DNA of 64,000 nt from Bacteroidales bacterium (GTDB lineage: Bacteria; Bacteroidota; Bacteroidia; Bacteroidales; UBA932). This document shows, piece by piece, positions 18,849 to 29,138 of this stretch. The notes under the pieces were generated by a model, which saw only the letters and a list, made by a program, of their open reading frames with translations, made no database searches and was not told where the DNA came from. The stretch covers positions 4,709 to 68,708 of the forward strand of contig JAFZWD010000032.1 of assembly GCA_017617495.1 (NCBI GenBank), read 5' to 3'. Position 1 is the stretch's first letter, and the number at the start of each line of letters is the position of its first letter. A program made the position numbers and the translations under genes.

Positions 18849-19709
18849 ATGAGACAGTTAAAGATTACAAAATCCATCACCAACCGCGAGAGCGCGTCCC
18901 TGGACAAATATCTGCAGGAGATCGGCCGCGAGGAACTGGTGACCCCCGAAGAAGAAGTAGAACTTGCACAGCGCATCCGCGGAGGCGACAAGGAGTCGCT
19001 CGAGAAGCTTACGCGCGCCAACCTGAGGTTCGTGGTATCCGTTGCAAAGCAGTACCAGAACCAGGGCCTTAGCCTGCCCGACCTTATCAACGAGGGCAAT
19101 CTGGGCCTCATCAAGGCTGCGGAAAAGTTCGACGAAACCAAGGGCTTCAAGTTCATTTCGTACGCGGTTTGGTGGATCCGTCAGTCGATTCTCCAGGCCC
19201 TCGCAGAGCAGTCCAGGATCGTTCGCCTGCCGCTTAACCAGGTAGGTTCCCTGAACAAGATCAGCAAGGCACAGGGCAAGTTCGAGCAGGAGCACGAGCG
19301 CCAGCCGTCCACCGAGGAACTTGCGGAGATGATCGACATCCCCCAGTACAAGATTGCAGATACCCTCCGCGTAAGCGGACGTCACGTCAGCGTGGACGCC
19401 CCCTTCGTGGAAGGCGAAGACAACAGCCTCCTGGACGTGCTGCCCAACGACGACAGCCCCATGGCGGACAAGGGCCTCACCAACGAGAGCCTCAGCATCG
19501 AAATCGAGCGCGCGCTTCAGATTCTCACTCCGCGCGAGCGGGAAATCATCAAGAGCTTCTTCGGCATCGGCTGCCAGGAGATGACTTTGGAGGAGATCGG
19601 CGAGCGCCTCGACCTCACCCGCGAGCGCGTACGTCAGATTAAGGAGAAGGCGATCCGCAAGCTCAAGAAACCCGCCGCAAGCAATCTTCTCAAGTCCTAT
19701 CTCGGTTAA
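18849..19709 (+). CDS. rpoD: Primary RNA polymerase sigma factor (Bacteroidetes short type)
   Basis: [58 protein letters not shown]. Confidence 0.95.
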   Translation: MRQLKITKSITNRESASLDKYLQEIGREELVTPEEEVELAQRIRGGDKESLEKLTRANLRFVVSVAKQYQNQGLSLPDLINEGNLGLIKAAEKFDETKGFKFISYAVWWIRQSILQALAEQSRIVRLPLNQVGSLNKISKAQGKFEQEHERQPSTEELAEMIDIPQYKIADTLRVSGRHVSVDAPFVEGEDNSLLDVLPNDDSPMADKGLTNESLSIEIERALQILTPREREIIKSFFGIGCQEMTLEEIGERLDLTRERVRQIKEKAIRKLKKPAASNLLKSYLG

Positions 19710-19711
19710 GG

Positions 19712-21490
19712 ATGACTCCGGAACTTTTTATCGCAGGCAAGGCCGCACAGGCCGTCAAGGCCCTTTATGGGGCGGATGTCGACGCAGGCTCGCTCCAGGT
19801 TCAGGTAACGCGCAAGGAATTCGAAGGGGATTACACTCTGATAGTGTTTCCCCTGCTTCGCATTACGCATGCTTCGCCCGATGCCAGCGGCGAGGCGATA
19901 GGCGGATGGCTTACTGCCAACTGCCCCGAAATCAGCGCCTACAACAGCGTCAAAGGCTTTCTTAACCTGAGCCTTTCGCCGCTGTGGTGGAGGGAGACCT
20001 TCGAGGCGGCCGCGGGAGACCCTTCGTTCGGGCAGCTGCCTTCGACCGGCCGCAGGATTATGGTTGAGTTCTCATCGCCCAACACCAACAAGCCCCTGCA
20101 TCTGGGGCACATCCGCAACAATCTGCTCGGCGACAGCGTGTCGCGCCTCCTCAAGGCCGCCGGCAACGAAGTTATAAAGGTGACGCTCGTCAACGACAGG
20201 GGAGTGCACATCTGCAAGAGCATGTATGCCTGGGAGAAGCTCTTCGGCGGGGCTACCCCGGAAAGCACCGGCAAGAAAGGCGACCACCTCGTGGGCGACT
20301 GCTACGTGGCGTTCAGCAACCTCCTGAAGAAGGAGGTGGCGGAGCTCGTAGCGGCCGGAGTGCCAGAGGAGCAGGCCGAGAAGGAAGCCCCCTGCATGAA
20401 GGCAGTGCACGAGATGCTGGTGAAGTGGGAGCAGGGAGATGCGCATGTGCGCGAACTCTGGGCGAAGATGAACGGCTGGGTGTTCGACGGATTCGACGCC
20501 ACCTACAAGTCGCTCGGAATCGATTTCGACAAGGTTTATTACGAGTCGCAGACCTATCTGCTGGGCAAGGAGCTCGTGCAGAAGGGCCTCGATGCCGGGG
20601 TTTTCGAGCGTCAGGCCGACGGCAGCGTGTGGTGCGACCTCACCGCAGACGGACTGGACCGCAAGCTTCTGCTGCGTTCGGACGGTACTTCGGTATATAT
20701 CACCCAGGACCTCGGAACCGCCGAAAGGCGTTTTGCCGAATACAGTCTCGACTCCCATGTGTATGTAGTGGGCGACGAGCAGAATTACCATTTCCAGGTT
20801 CTCAAGCTGGTCCTAGGCAAGCTCGGTTTCGACTGGGCTGAGCGCATCTACCACCTGTCCTACGGTATGGTGGAGCTGCCCGACGGCAAGATGAAGTCGC
20901 GCGAAGGCACGGTTGTGGATGCCGACGACCTCATCGCCCAGATGCAGGAGGAGGCCCGCCGCACTTCGGAGGAATCCGGCAAGCTGGAGGACGTGCCTTC
21001 CGAGGAGAAGGACAGGCTCTATGCAATGATAGGCCTTGGCGCCCTCAAGTATTTCATCCTCAAGGTGGATCCGCGCAAGAAGATGCTCTTCAATCCGGCG
21101 GAATCCATCGACTTCAACGGAAATACGGGCCCCTTCATCCAGTATACCCACGCCCGCATCTGCTCTATCCTGCGCAAGGCTGCGGAGCAGGGCATCCCCG
21201 CGAAGGCGGAAAATGTGGACTTCAGCCCCAAGGAAGTGCGTCTGGTCAAGATTCTGGGCGCATATCCCCAGAAGGTCGGGGAGGCTGCGGAGGCTTTCTC
21301 GCCCGCGCTGATTGCCAATTTCGCCTACGACCTCGCCAAGGAATTCAACCAGTACTACCACGAAACGCAGATTATCCGTGAGCCGGATGCAGCCGTGCGC
21401 AGCACCAGGCTGGCCCTGATAAGCCTCGTGGCTTCGGTGCTGGAGAAGGCGATGGGCCTGCTCGGAATCGACCTGCCGGAAAGAATGTAG
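19712..21490 (+). CDS. argS: Arginine--tRNA ligase
   Basis: SSPNTNKPLHLGHIRN (HIGH), KMKSREG, GNTGPFIQYTHARI, C-terminal PERM. Confidence 0.95.
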   Translation: MTPELFIAGKAAQAVKALYGADVDAGSLQVQVTRKEFEGDYTLIVFPLLRITHASPDASGEAIGGWLTANCPEISAYNSVKGFLNLSLSPLWWRETFEAAAGDPSFGQLPSTGRRIMVEFSSPNTNKPLHLGHIRNNLLGDSVSRLLKAAGNEVIKVTLVNDRGVHICKSMYAWEKLFGGATPESTGKKGDHLVGDCYVAFSNLLKKEVAELVAAGVPEEQAEKEAPCMKAVHEMLVKWEQGDAHVRELWAKMNGWVFDGFDATYKSLGIDFDKVYYESQTYLLGKELVQKGLDAGVFERQADGSVWCDLTADGLDRKLLLRSDGTSVYITQDLGTAERRFAEYSLDSHVYVVGDEQNYHFQVLKLVLGKLGFDWAERIYHLSYGMVELPDGKMKSREGTVVDADDLIAQMQEEARRTSEESGKLEDVPSEEKDRLYAMIGLGALKYFILKVDPRKKMLFNPAESIDFNGNTGPFIQYTHARICSILRKAAEQGIPAKAENVDFSPKEVRLVKILGAYPQKVGEAAEAFSPALIANFAYDLAKEFNQYYHETQIIREPDAAVRSTRLALISLVASVLEKAMGLLGIDLPERM

Positions 21491-21571
21491 TCTGTTTTTG
21501 CAAAAAAACGGCGTACCGGCTTTTTTCTTTTAGAAAAATCGTTTAATATTGTAGCCAAATACCGAACTGTT

Positions 21572-21943
21572 ATGGCACAGGATACACGAAAGAGACACGT
21601 AGTAAGCTATGAGAACATGGCTCCCGCAGTAGCGGAAGCCTTCGCACAGAAATATCCGGGAGGTTTCAACGATTATCTGCAGGACCTCACAAAGTATACT
21701 AAACCGGATGGAACGCCCTTCTACGCAGTTACTATCGACATTCCCGACGGCATCTATCTCGTGAAGATCAACGTCAAGATAGACGATGCCGAAGATATAG
21801 AGCGCTGGCTCGAGAGCGAGGAAGCCGCCGAAAACGAACAGGTGGCCGGACAGTCCGCCGATGCGGAACCCGAAGGAACCCCGCTTCCCGACGACAACAT
21901 TGCACAGTACAGTTCGGACGACGACGGAGCCGACGCAGATTAG
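21572..21943 (+). CDS. Conserved hypothetical acidic protein
   Basis: Normal codon usage, acidic C-terminal tail. Confidence 0.7.
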   Translation: MAQDTRKRHVVSYENMAPAVAEAFAQKYPGGFNDYLQDLTKYTKPDGTPFYAVTIDIPDGIYLVKINVKIDDAEDIERWLESEEAAENEQVAGQSADAEPEGTPLPDDNIAQYSSDDDGADAD

Positions 21944-21949
21944 GCGGCG

Positions 21950-23683
21950 ATGAAATTCCGCTTTATCAAACTTGGAGAGACAGGTAAAATCCTGCTGCTG
22001 AGTCTGTTTACAGGCTTGGGAGCAGGGTTTTCTGCAGTTCTGCTGATAAAGGTCATCCATTTGCTGCAGAAGATTGTACGCGGTTGCACCGACGCCCTGC
22101 CGGGTGGATTCTGGTATGCGCTGTTCCCGGCCCTCGGAATGCTTCTGTCGCTTATGGTGGTGCGTTACCTCGTGCGCGACAACATCAGCCACGGAGTCAC
22201 CCAGGTGCTGCTGGCGATATCGCGCGGAGAATCCCGCATCAAGCCCCATAACATGTGGTCGTCGCTGCTCACCAGCGCCATGACAATAGGATTCGGCGGC
22301 TCGGTCGGAGCGGAGGCCCCTATCGTGTATACCGGCGCGGCCCTTGGCAGCAATCTCGGCCGCTGGGCTTCGCTTTCGAACAGGGGAGTGACCATCCTTC
22401 TGGGCTGCGGCGCCGCAGGTGCCATCGCGGGCATCTTCAAGGCCCCGCTTGCCGGCGTGCTCTTTACCCTGGAAATCCTCCTCTTCAATATCTCGATGAG
22501 TTCGATGATGCCCCTGCTGGTGTCCACGCTGTCGGCCACCGTGGTGTCGTACGTTTTCCTCGGGATGCAGGCTACTTTCCCCTGCTACATAGATACCTTC
22601 AAGATGATGAATCTGCCCTGGTATCTGGCCCTGGGAGTGTTCTGCGCATTTATTTCGCTTTATTTCACCCGCTTTACCCTGCGCCTTGAGGACCACCTCA
22701 GGTACTATCGCAGCCCCTGGGTGCGCCTCATTTTCTGCGCCTTCGGGCTCGGGATACTGCTGCTGGTTTTCCCTCCGCTCTTCGGCGAGGGATACAGCGG
22801 CATCTGGAATCTTCTTACAGGCGAGGGCCTGGAAATGGGATTCTTCCCCATGCTGGGCGGCTGGGGAATCCCCCTGTTCGTGCTGCTTCTGCTTCTGCTC
22901 AAGGTTATCAGCATGACTCTCACCAATGCAGGAGGGGGAGTGGGAGGTACTTTCGGTCCTACCCTCGTGGTCGGCGGATTCGCCGGCTTCGTGCTTGCCA
23001 GGAGCTTCAACCTTATGGATATCGGCTGGCAGCTGCCGGAGCAGAACTTCGTGCTCGTGGGTATGGCAGGCCTGATGGCGGGGGTTATGCAGGCCCCGAT
23101 GACCGCCATCTTCCTCATCGCCGAGATTACCGGCGGATACGGGCTGCTGGTGCCCCTTATCCTCTGTGCAACGGTTTCCTACGGCGTTACGCGCCTTTGG
23201 GAGAAGTATTCCATCTACACCAAGCGTATCGCCCAGAGCGGCGACCTTATAACACACGACAGCGACCAGGCGGTGATGACTCTTATGAGCACCCGCCAGC
23301 TGGTCAGCGACAAGTACCCGCGCCTCCGTCTGGAGGATACCCTGGAGGATATTATCCCGGTGATTGCTGACAGCATTGCACAGGTATTTGCGGTTCTGGA
23401 CAAGGACGGGCGTTTCTGCGGCATGCTGGAGATGGACGAGCTCCGCAAATATGTCTTCAATCCCGCCCAGGATATGACCGTGCCGGTTTTGCAGCTGATG
23501 TACGATCCGCCTTTCTTCGTATTCGAAGACGAGAAGATGCAGTCCGTGATGGACAAGTTCGACAAGTCGCGCGCCTGGCGTCTGCCGGTGATTACCCGCG
23601 ACGGCATTTATCTGGGATTTATTTCGCGTCCGCGCATCCTTGCAGCCTACCGTGACAAAATGAGGCATTTTTCGGCTGACTGA
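21950..23683 (+). CDS. ClC chloride channel/antiporter with CBS domains
   Basis: GGSVGAEAP, GIFKAPLAG, GGVGGTFGP, C-terminal CBS pair. Confidence 0.9.
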   Translation: MKFRFIKLGETGKILLLSLFTGLGAGFSAVLLIKVIHLLQKIVRGCTDALPGGFWYALFPALGMLLSLMVVRYLVRDNISHGVTQVLLAISRGESRIKPHNMWSSLLTSAMTIGFGGSVGAEAPIVYTGAALGSNLGRWASLSNRGVTILLGCGAAGAIAGIFKAPLAGVLFTLEILLFNISMSSMMPLLVSTLSATVVSYVFLGMQATFPCYIDTFKMMNLPWYLALGVFCAFISLYFTRFTLRLEDHLRYYRSPWVRLIFCAFGLGILLLVFPPLFGEGYSGIWNLLTGEGLEMGFFPMLGGWGIPLFVLLLLLLKVISMTLTNAGGGVGGTFGPTLVVGGFAGFVLARSFNLMDIGWQLPEQNFVLVGMAGLMAGVMQAPMTAIFLIAEITGGYGLLVPLILCATVSYGVTRLWEKYSIYTKRIAQSGDLITHDSDQAVMTLMSTRQLVSDKYPRLRLEDTLEDIIPVIADSIAQVFAVLDKDGRFCGMLEMDELRKYVFNPAQDMTVPVLQLMYDPPFFVFEDEKMQSVMDKFDKSRAWRLPVITRDGIYLGFISRPRILAAYRDKMRHFSAD

Positions 23684-25800
23684 TGAAGGAAATCTATATT
23701 CAGCATATTGCAAAGCAGCTGGGCGTAAAGGCCTGGCAGGTGGAGAACTGTGCCGACATGTTCGCCGAGGGCGGAACCATTCCGTTCATCAGCCGCTACC
23801 GCAAGGAGAAGACCGGTGGCATGGACGATGCCAGTATCGCGGAGCTCAAGCATCTGCTTGATGTCTTCGACGAGATGGAGAAGCGTAAGTCCACCATTAT
23901 CAAGACTATAGATGAAGCCGGGGCGCTTACTCCCGAGCTTCGCGACAAGATAGAAAACAGCGTTTCTTCCACTGAGCTCGAGGACCTTTACCTGCCCTTC
24001 AGGCCCAAACGGCGTACACGTGCGACCGTTGCAAAGGAACTCGGGTTGGAGCCGCTTGCGAATGCAATGTGGAACGTCAGACTGCGTGATCCCCTGGCCG
24101 AGGCCGGCAAGTATGTCAAGCCTGGTAAAGTCGATTCGGCTGACGCGGCACTTGCCGGAGCGCGCGACATAATAGCGGAGCGCCTCAGCGAGACTCCCGT
24201 CGTGAGGGAGAATATGCGCCAGGTTTTCCGCAGCCGCAGGATTGTTTCCAGGGCGACCAAAGCGGCGGAATCGCCCGAAGCTGCCAAATACCGCACTTAT
24301 TTCAACTGGAACATGCCCCTGGACCGCATTCCGGCCCATAATCTGCTGGCCATCCTGCGCGCCCAGGACGAGGGCTTCCTGTCGGTTTCCATCGATTCGG
24401 ACCCGGAGCGCTGCGGCAAGAAGATATATTACGATTACTGCCAGGAGCACGGCTATCCCGGCCCCGCCCTTTCCGAGCAGATGCACCTGGCCGTGGACGA
24501 CAGTTTCAAGCGCCTGCTGGAGCCTTCCATCTCAGGCGAAGTTATCAAGGAGGCCAAGGCTAAAGCCGATGCCGAGAGCGTGGTAGTGTTCGGCGAAAAC
24601 CTGCGTCAGCTGCTGCTGGGAGCCCCTGTGGGACAGAAACGCACTATGGCGGTGGATCCCGGGTTCCGCAACGGCTGCAAAATCGCCTGCCTCGACGAAC
24701 AGGGGAATCTGCTTTACCATACCATAATCTTTCCCCATCCGCCCCAGAACGAGAAAGTCAAGGCGCTGATGGCCGTGCAGGATATGCTGGAGAAGTATCG
24801 CATCGAGGCTGTGGCTATAGGCAACGGCACTGCGAGCCGCGAAACGGGGGAGTTTTTCAAGAAGCTTTCTCTGCCCGGGGGCTGCAAAGTCTGGACCGTC
24901 AGTGAGGACGGGGCGTCCATTTATTCCGCCTCCGAGGTGGGGCGTGAGGAGTTCCCGAATGAGGATGTGACCGTGCGCGGCGCAGTTTCTATTGGCCGCC
25001 GCCTGATGGATCCGCTGGCCGAGCTTGTTAAAATCGACCCGAAGAACCTTGGCATAGGGCAGTATCAGCACGATGTGGACCAGGCGCTCCTCAAGGAGAA
25101 GCTGGACAATACAGTGGAGGCCTGCGTGAATGCGGTCGGCGTCAACGTGAACACCGCGTCACCCTGGCTGCTGCGCTATGTGGCCGGCATCGGGCCCCAG
25201 CTTGCAGCCAATATAGTGGCCTACCGCGCAGCCAACGGCGCTTTCGCTTCGCGAGAGGCATTGCGGAAGGTGCCCCGTCTGGGCGACAAGGCATTCGAAC
25301 AGTGCGCGGGTTTCCTCCGCGTCAAGGGCGGCAGGAATCCTCTGGACGATTCCGCCGTGCATCCCGAGAGCTATTTCGTTGTAGACAAGATGGCGCACGA
25401 CCTCGGCGTGAGCGTGTCGCAACTGGTAGGCAATGCCGAGCTGTGCTCGAAAATCGAGCCGGAGCGCTATGTCGGCGGCCCGGTGGGGCTTCCGACAGTA
25501 AAGGATATTGTTCGTGAGCTTGCAAAACCCGGCCTGGACCCTCGAGAGCAGGCTTCTGAGTTCGCCTTCAGCGAGGAGGTGCACGATATCAGCGACCTGC
25601 GCACCGGCATGGAACTGCCCGGCATAGTCACCAATATTACCAATTTCGGCGCCTTCGTGGACATCGGCCTGCACGACAACGGCCTCATCCACGTCAGCCG
25701 CATGGGCGGTAAAACCCTCAAGCTCCACCAGCAGATCAAGGTCGAGGTCGAATCCGTCGATCTCGAACGAGGGCGTATTTCATTGCGATTGATTAAATAA
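23683..25800 (+). CDS. tex: Tex transcription accessory protein (S1 domain)
   Basis: TIPFISRYRKE, LEDLYLPFRPKRRT, DPGFRNGCK, ASIYSAS, GQYQHDV, S1 domain. Confidence 0.93.
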   Translation: MKEIYIQHIAKQLGVKAWQVENCADMFAEGGTIPFISRYRKEKTGGMDDASIAELKHLLDVFDEMEKRKSTIIKTIDEAGALTPELRDKIENSVSSTELEDLYLPFRPKRRTRATVAKELGLEPLANAMWNVRLRDPLAEAGKYVKPGKVDSADAALAGARDIIAERLSETPVVRENMRQVFRSRRIVSRATKAAESPEAAKYRTYFNWNMPLDRIPAHNLLAILRAQDEGFLSVSIDSDPERCGKKIYYDYCQEHGYPGPALSEQMHLAVDDSFKRLLEPSISGEVIKEAKAKADAESVVVFGENLRQLLLGAPVGQKRTMAVDPGFRNGCKIACLDEQGNLLYHTIIFPHPPQNEKVKALMAVQDMLEKYRIEAVAIGNGTASRETGEFFKKLSLPGGCKVWTVSEDGASIYSASEVGREEFPNEDVTVRGAVSIGRRLMDPLAELVKIDPKNLGIGQYQHDVDQALLKEKLDNTVEACVNAVGVNVNTASPWLLRYVAGIGPQLAANIVAYRAANGAFASREALRKVPRLGDKAFEQCAGFLRVKGGRNPLDDSAVHPESYFVVDKMAHDLGVSVSQLVGNAELCSKIEPERYVGGPVGLPTVKDIVRELAKPGLDPREQASEFAFSEEVHDISDLRTGMELPGIVTNITNFGAFVDIGLHDNGLIHVSRMGGKTLKLHQQIKVEVESVDLERGRISLRLIK

Positions 25801-25801
25801 A

Positions 25802-25831
25802 AAAAAAGACGGCCTCATGGTCGTCTTTTTT
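25802..25831. terminator. Bidirectional intrinsic terminator
   Basis: AAAAAAGACGGCC-TCAT-GGTCGTCTTTTTT. Confidence 0.85.
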
Positions 25832-25832
25832 G

Positions 25833-25907
25833 TGGAAAGTACTGGATTCGAACCAGTGACCCCCTGCTTGTAAGGCAGGTGCTCTAAACCAGCTGAGCTA
25901 ACCTTCC
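25833..25907 (-). tRNA. tRNA-Val(TAC)
   Basis: GGAAGGTTAGCTCAGCTGGTTTAGAGCACCTGCCTTACAAGCAGGGGGTCACTGGTTCGAATCCAGTACTTTCCA; CCA not encoded. Confidence 0.95.
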
Positions 25908-25941
25908 ATGCTTAAAGCGGCTGCAAAGATAGTCTTTTTTA

Positions 25942-27273
25942 TTAATCCGTCAAAATTATTTTTGCCTGATTAAAAGCAATGCGGGCTTCTAATTCCCAGG
26001 TGCGGATGCGGTCTTTGTAGAAGTTGTTGGCGTTGACTTTTTCGAGGGGAAGGGCGGAGTCGGAGTTGCCACCCCAGCGGCGGCAGCAGTAGAGTTCTTC
26101 GTAGATGCGTCCGATGCGGTATTCGCGGCTGATTCGCAGGCCGACCGCGTAGTCTTCGCCATACTTTGTGACGGGGAAATCTATTTCGCGCAGAACCGGC
26201 ACGAAGAAGCCTCTGGGCGCACCCAGGCCATTGATTCGCAGGGCGTTGTTGCGGCCGTTGTCGGGTGTCCATTCGCGATGGTCGATAAGTCCCGGAGGAA
26301 TAGTATTGAGGTCGAAATCGGTAATCCTGTAGGAGCCGACGACCATAGCGCACTGCTGCCCGTAGAAGGCATCCACGAACTTCTGAACTGTATCGGGGCC
26401 GGAATACATGTCGTCGGAGTCCAGCTGCAGCGCGAAGCGGCCGCATTTCGGATGATGCACGGCCGCGTTCCAGTTTCCTCCGATTGCGTGGTAGGTGGGA
26501 TCCTGGGCGATGTAGACGAGCTTAGGATTGTCCTCGAAACTCTTGATTACCTCCACAGTTCCGTCGGTGGAGTTGTCATCCACCACGATGACGTTGTATT
26601 TGAATGCGGTTTTCTGGTTCAGGGCGCTGCGGATTGCGTCGCCTATTGTCTTAACCCTGTTCTTGCAAGGGATAACTACCGAGGCTTCGTATTCGAAATC
26701 GCCCTGCTTCAGGTCGACATCCTTGAATTCGGGCTTCAGCCATGCGCCGATGCTCTTGAGATAGGCAGTGCAGGCCTTTTCCATCTCGATCTGAACCTCG
26801 CGGTTGCGGGGATTGACGTAGTCGAACTGCTTTACGTCGGAATCGCGGGTGTCGGTATCGGTTTCGTAATAGAGGAATTCGGGGATATGGACAAGTTTGC
26901 CTATCCTGGAGGCCTTCAGGCGCAGGTCGTAGAGCCCGGCATATTTGTACTCTTCGTCCATCTGGGCGGCCGCGGTCTGCAGCACGGAAGTGCGGTACAT
27001 CTGCACGCCGCCAAAATCGAAATCGTCCCGCAGGGAACCCGCCTGGCAATCGATTACCGGGGCAGGCTCTTCGCCGTTGAAATGGTCGGCATAGACCATC
27101 GCCGCGCGGGTGTCGTCGGCTATGCGCAGCATCCTTTCCAGACCGAAATGAACCCACTTGAGGCCGGTAGGGCGCGTATATAATATGGTATAGTCGGTAT
27201 CGGCCTGCGAAGCGGCATTTTTGATTGCCCGGGTGCCGAAATCGCTCAATCTGATAATCTTTATTCTTTTCAT
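25942..27273 (-). CDS. Glycosyltransferase family 2 protein
   Basis: SVVIPCKNR, VVDDNSTDGT, QLDSDD, YGEDY. Confidence 0.88.
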   Translation of the reverse strand: MKRIKIIRLSDFGTRAIKNAASQADTDYTILYTRPTGLKWVHFGLERMLRIADDTRAAMVYADHFNGEEPAPVIDCQAGSLRDDFDFGGVQMYRTSVLQTAAAQMDEEYKYAGLYDLRLKASRIGKLVHIPEFLYYETDTDTRDSDVKQFDYVNPRNREVQIEMEKACTAYLKSIGAWLKPEFKDVDLKQGDFEYEASVVIPCKNRVKTIGDAIRSALNQKTAFKYNVIVVDDNSTDGTVEVIKSFEDNPKLVYIAQDPTYHAIGGNWNAAVHHPKCGRFALQLDSDDMYSGPDTVQKFVDAFYGQQCAMVVGSYRITDFDLNTIPPGLIDHREWTPDNGRNNALRINGLGAPRGFFVPVLREIDFPVTKYGEDYAVGLRISREYRIGRIYEELYCCRRWGGNSDSALPLEKVNANNFYKDRIRTWELEARIAFNQAKIILTD

Positions 27274-27312
27274 TTCTCCAAATGTACGAATTAATTGCTA
27301 AATTTGCGTGAT

Positions 27313-28035
27313 ATGAACGCCAATTTAGTCATAATACCCACATACAACGAGATAGAGAACGCGGAGAAGATTATCCGTGCCGTTTTTGCCCTGCCGGGCG
27401 GCTTCCATATCCTCATTATCGACGACGGGTCGCCGGACGGCACTGCAGCTGCGGTGAAGGAGCTTCAGAAGGAGTTCAAAGACAGGCTTTTCCTTATCGA
27501 AAGGTCCGGCAAACTGGGTCTCGGAACAGCCTATCTGACTGGTTTCAAGTGGGCTCTCGAGCGCGGTTACGCCTATATCTGCGAGATGGACGCCGACTTT
27601 TCGCACGACCCGAACGACCTTGCCAGGCTCATCGGTGCCTGTGAGGGCGGAGCGGACCTTGCAGTCGGTTCCCGCTACTGCAACGGCGTGAGCGTGGTCA
27701 ACTGGCCGATCGGGCGCATCCTTATATCGTATTTTGCCTCGGTTTATGTTCGCAGGATGCTGGGCGTGAGGATTTTCGACAGCACCGCAGGCTTTGTCTG
27801 CTACAGTCGTAAAGTACTGGAAACCATCGATTTGGACGCCGTGCAGATGAAGGGCTACGGTTTCCAGATCGAGATGAAGTACAGCGCTGTAAAGCTCGGG
27901 TTCAAGCTGGCGGAGGTCCCTGTTATCTTTGTAAACCGCAAGGAAGGCACCTCCAAGATGTCCGGAGGTATTTTCGGGGAGGCGTTCTGGGGCGTCATCA
28001 AGCTGCGTTTCCGCAGCATCAGGCCGAAGGCTTAA
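27313..28035 (+). CDS. Polyprenol-monophosphomannose synthase (DPM1-like GT2)
   Basis: IIPTYNE, DDGSPDGT, GLGTAY, EMDADFSH, GYGFQIEMK. Confidence 0.9.
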   Translation: MNANLVIIPTYNEIENAEKIIRAVFALPGGFHILIIDDGSPDGTAAAVKELQKEFKDRLFLIERSGKLGLGTAYLTGFKWALERGYAYICEMDADFSHDPNDLARLIGACEGGADLAVGSRYCNGVSVVNWPIGRILISYFASVYVRRMLGVRIFDSTAGFVCYSRKVLETIDLDAVQMKGYGFQIEMKYSAVKLGFKLAEVPVIFVNRKEGTSKMSGGIFGEAFWGVIKLRFRSIRPKA

Positions 28036-28410
28036 TTACCAGCCGAATATATTCCGCAGGAGCCACCAGGTGAGAAAGGCGGCGAGAACTGTCCAGCCGA
28101 GGGCCGGATGGCGGCTGGCGTCGTAGAGGCGGGGGAAGCGGTTACGGAAGATATCGGCGAAGAAGAGAAATGCCACCAGGGGGATGCAGAAAACCATTGC
28201 AGCGTTATAGCGGAAGGCTGCGCCGATGTGCAGCCCCAGGAGCTGGTGAAGAGCCCTCTGGCTGCCGCATCCAGGGCATTTGAGGCCGGTCAGCTGCAGG
28301 AAGGGGCAACGCGGGAAGGGGAGCGCTGCGGGGTCAAGCAGCGCGTAAACTGCAATAAGAACAACGGCGGCAATTACCGCCAGGATAAATGCCGCCGTTT
28401 TCTTCTTCAT
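28036..28410 (-). CDS. DUF2752 membrane protein
   Basis: CPFLQLTGLKCPGCGSQRA, AFRYN, LRN. Confidence 0.88.
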   Translation of the reverse strand: MKKKTAAFILAVIAAVVLIAVYALLDPAALPFPRCPFLQLTGLKCPGCGSQRALHQLLGLHIGAAFRYNAAMVFCIPLVAFLFFADIFRNRFPRLYDASRHPALGWTVLAAFLTWWLLRNIFGW

Positions 28411-28422
28411 AAATATAAAGTC

Positions 28423-28722
28423 TTATGCAAACAGTGCCAGGCTGCCCAGTAAGCCTGCCCAGAACAGAATCACTAAACCGCCCTCGGCTACGAAGCCGAA
28501 GATGAGGTTGACCCAGATCCAGGTGCCGGCCTTTCGGTTGTACTCCTCGGACTGCATCAGAAGGTTGTTCTGAAGGCCCTGGTCCGTAGTGAGCAGCGCG
28601 CTGTGGTAGAGGCTGTTGGACTTGGAGGAGTAGATAATGGCCACGATGCCGCCTACGAGGCAGCAGAAAATGGTGGTCAGGATTGCCCAGACCATCTTGT
28701 TGCTGTGGGAGACAGGAATCAT
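28423..28722 (-). CDS. CD225/dispanin-family membrane protein
   Basis: WAILTTIFCCLVGGIVAIIYS signature. Confidence 0.8.
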   Translation of the reverse strand: MIPVSHSNKMVWAILTTIFCCLVGGIVAIIYSSKSNSLYHSALLTTDQGLQNNLLMQSEEYNRKAGTWIWVNLIFGFVAEGGLVILFWAGLLGSLALFA

Positions 28723-28726
28723 GGTA

Positions 28727-29065
28727 TTATTTGCTGAGCAGGATTGCCTGCGAGAGTTTCTTGAAGTTGTAGTCGCGGGTGCGCTTTACCGCGGTGAAAA
28801 TGTCGATCAGCCACCAGATGCCGAGGCCGTAGCAGGTAAGGATCTTGACGATGCCGAGGGCAATGTCTTCAAGGAAGAAGCGCTCCCAGCCCAGCAGGAT
28901 AGCCAGAACAAGGATAAGAGTGGGGTTCTGGAGGCTTAATCCAAGGATGTATGCCGCCTTTTCATCGCTTACTTCCTGGAGCTGACGCTGGATTTCGGGA
29001 AGCAGAACCGGGTCGAAATATTCGCCGTTCTTGAGGATGAAGGATTGAATGAGTTCCTGTTTCAT
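28727..29065 (-). CDS. TM2-domain membrane protein
   Basis: LGWERFFL...GIVKILTCYGLGIWWLID. Confidence 0.85.
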   Translation of the reverse strand: MKQELIQSFILKNGEYFDPVLLPEIQRQLQEVSDEKAAYILGLSLQNPTLILVLAILLGWERFFLEDIALGIVKILTCYGLGIWWLIDIFTAVKRTRDYNFKKLSQAILLSK

Positions 29066-29138
29066 TGTCTGTGTGTTTAATATCCAACCTCAAATATAAG
29101 GATTTTTTGTTAACTTTGAAGGATTTAACACTGAACGA

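Noticed and set aside
13632-25907. Genomic island integrated at tRNA-Thr or tRNA-Val
   Set aside because: No integrase, no duplicated tRNA 3' end, and flanks are core genes.
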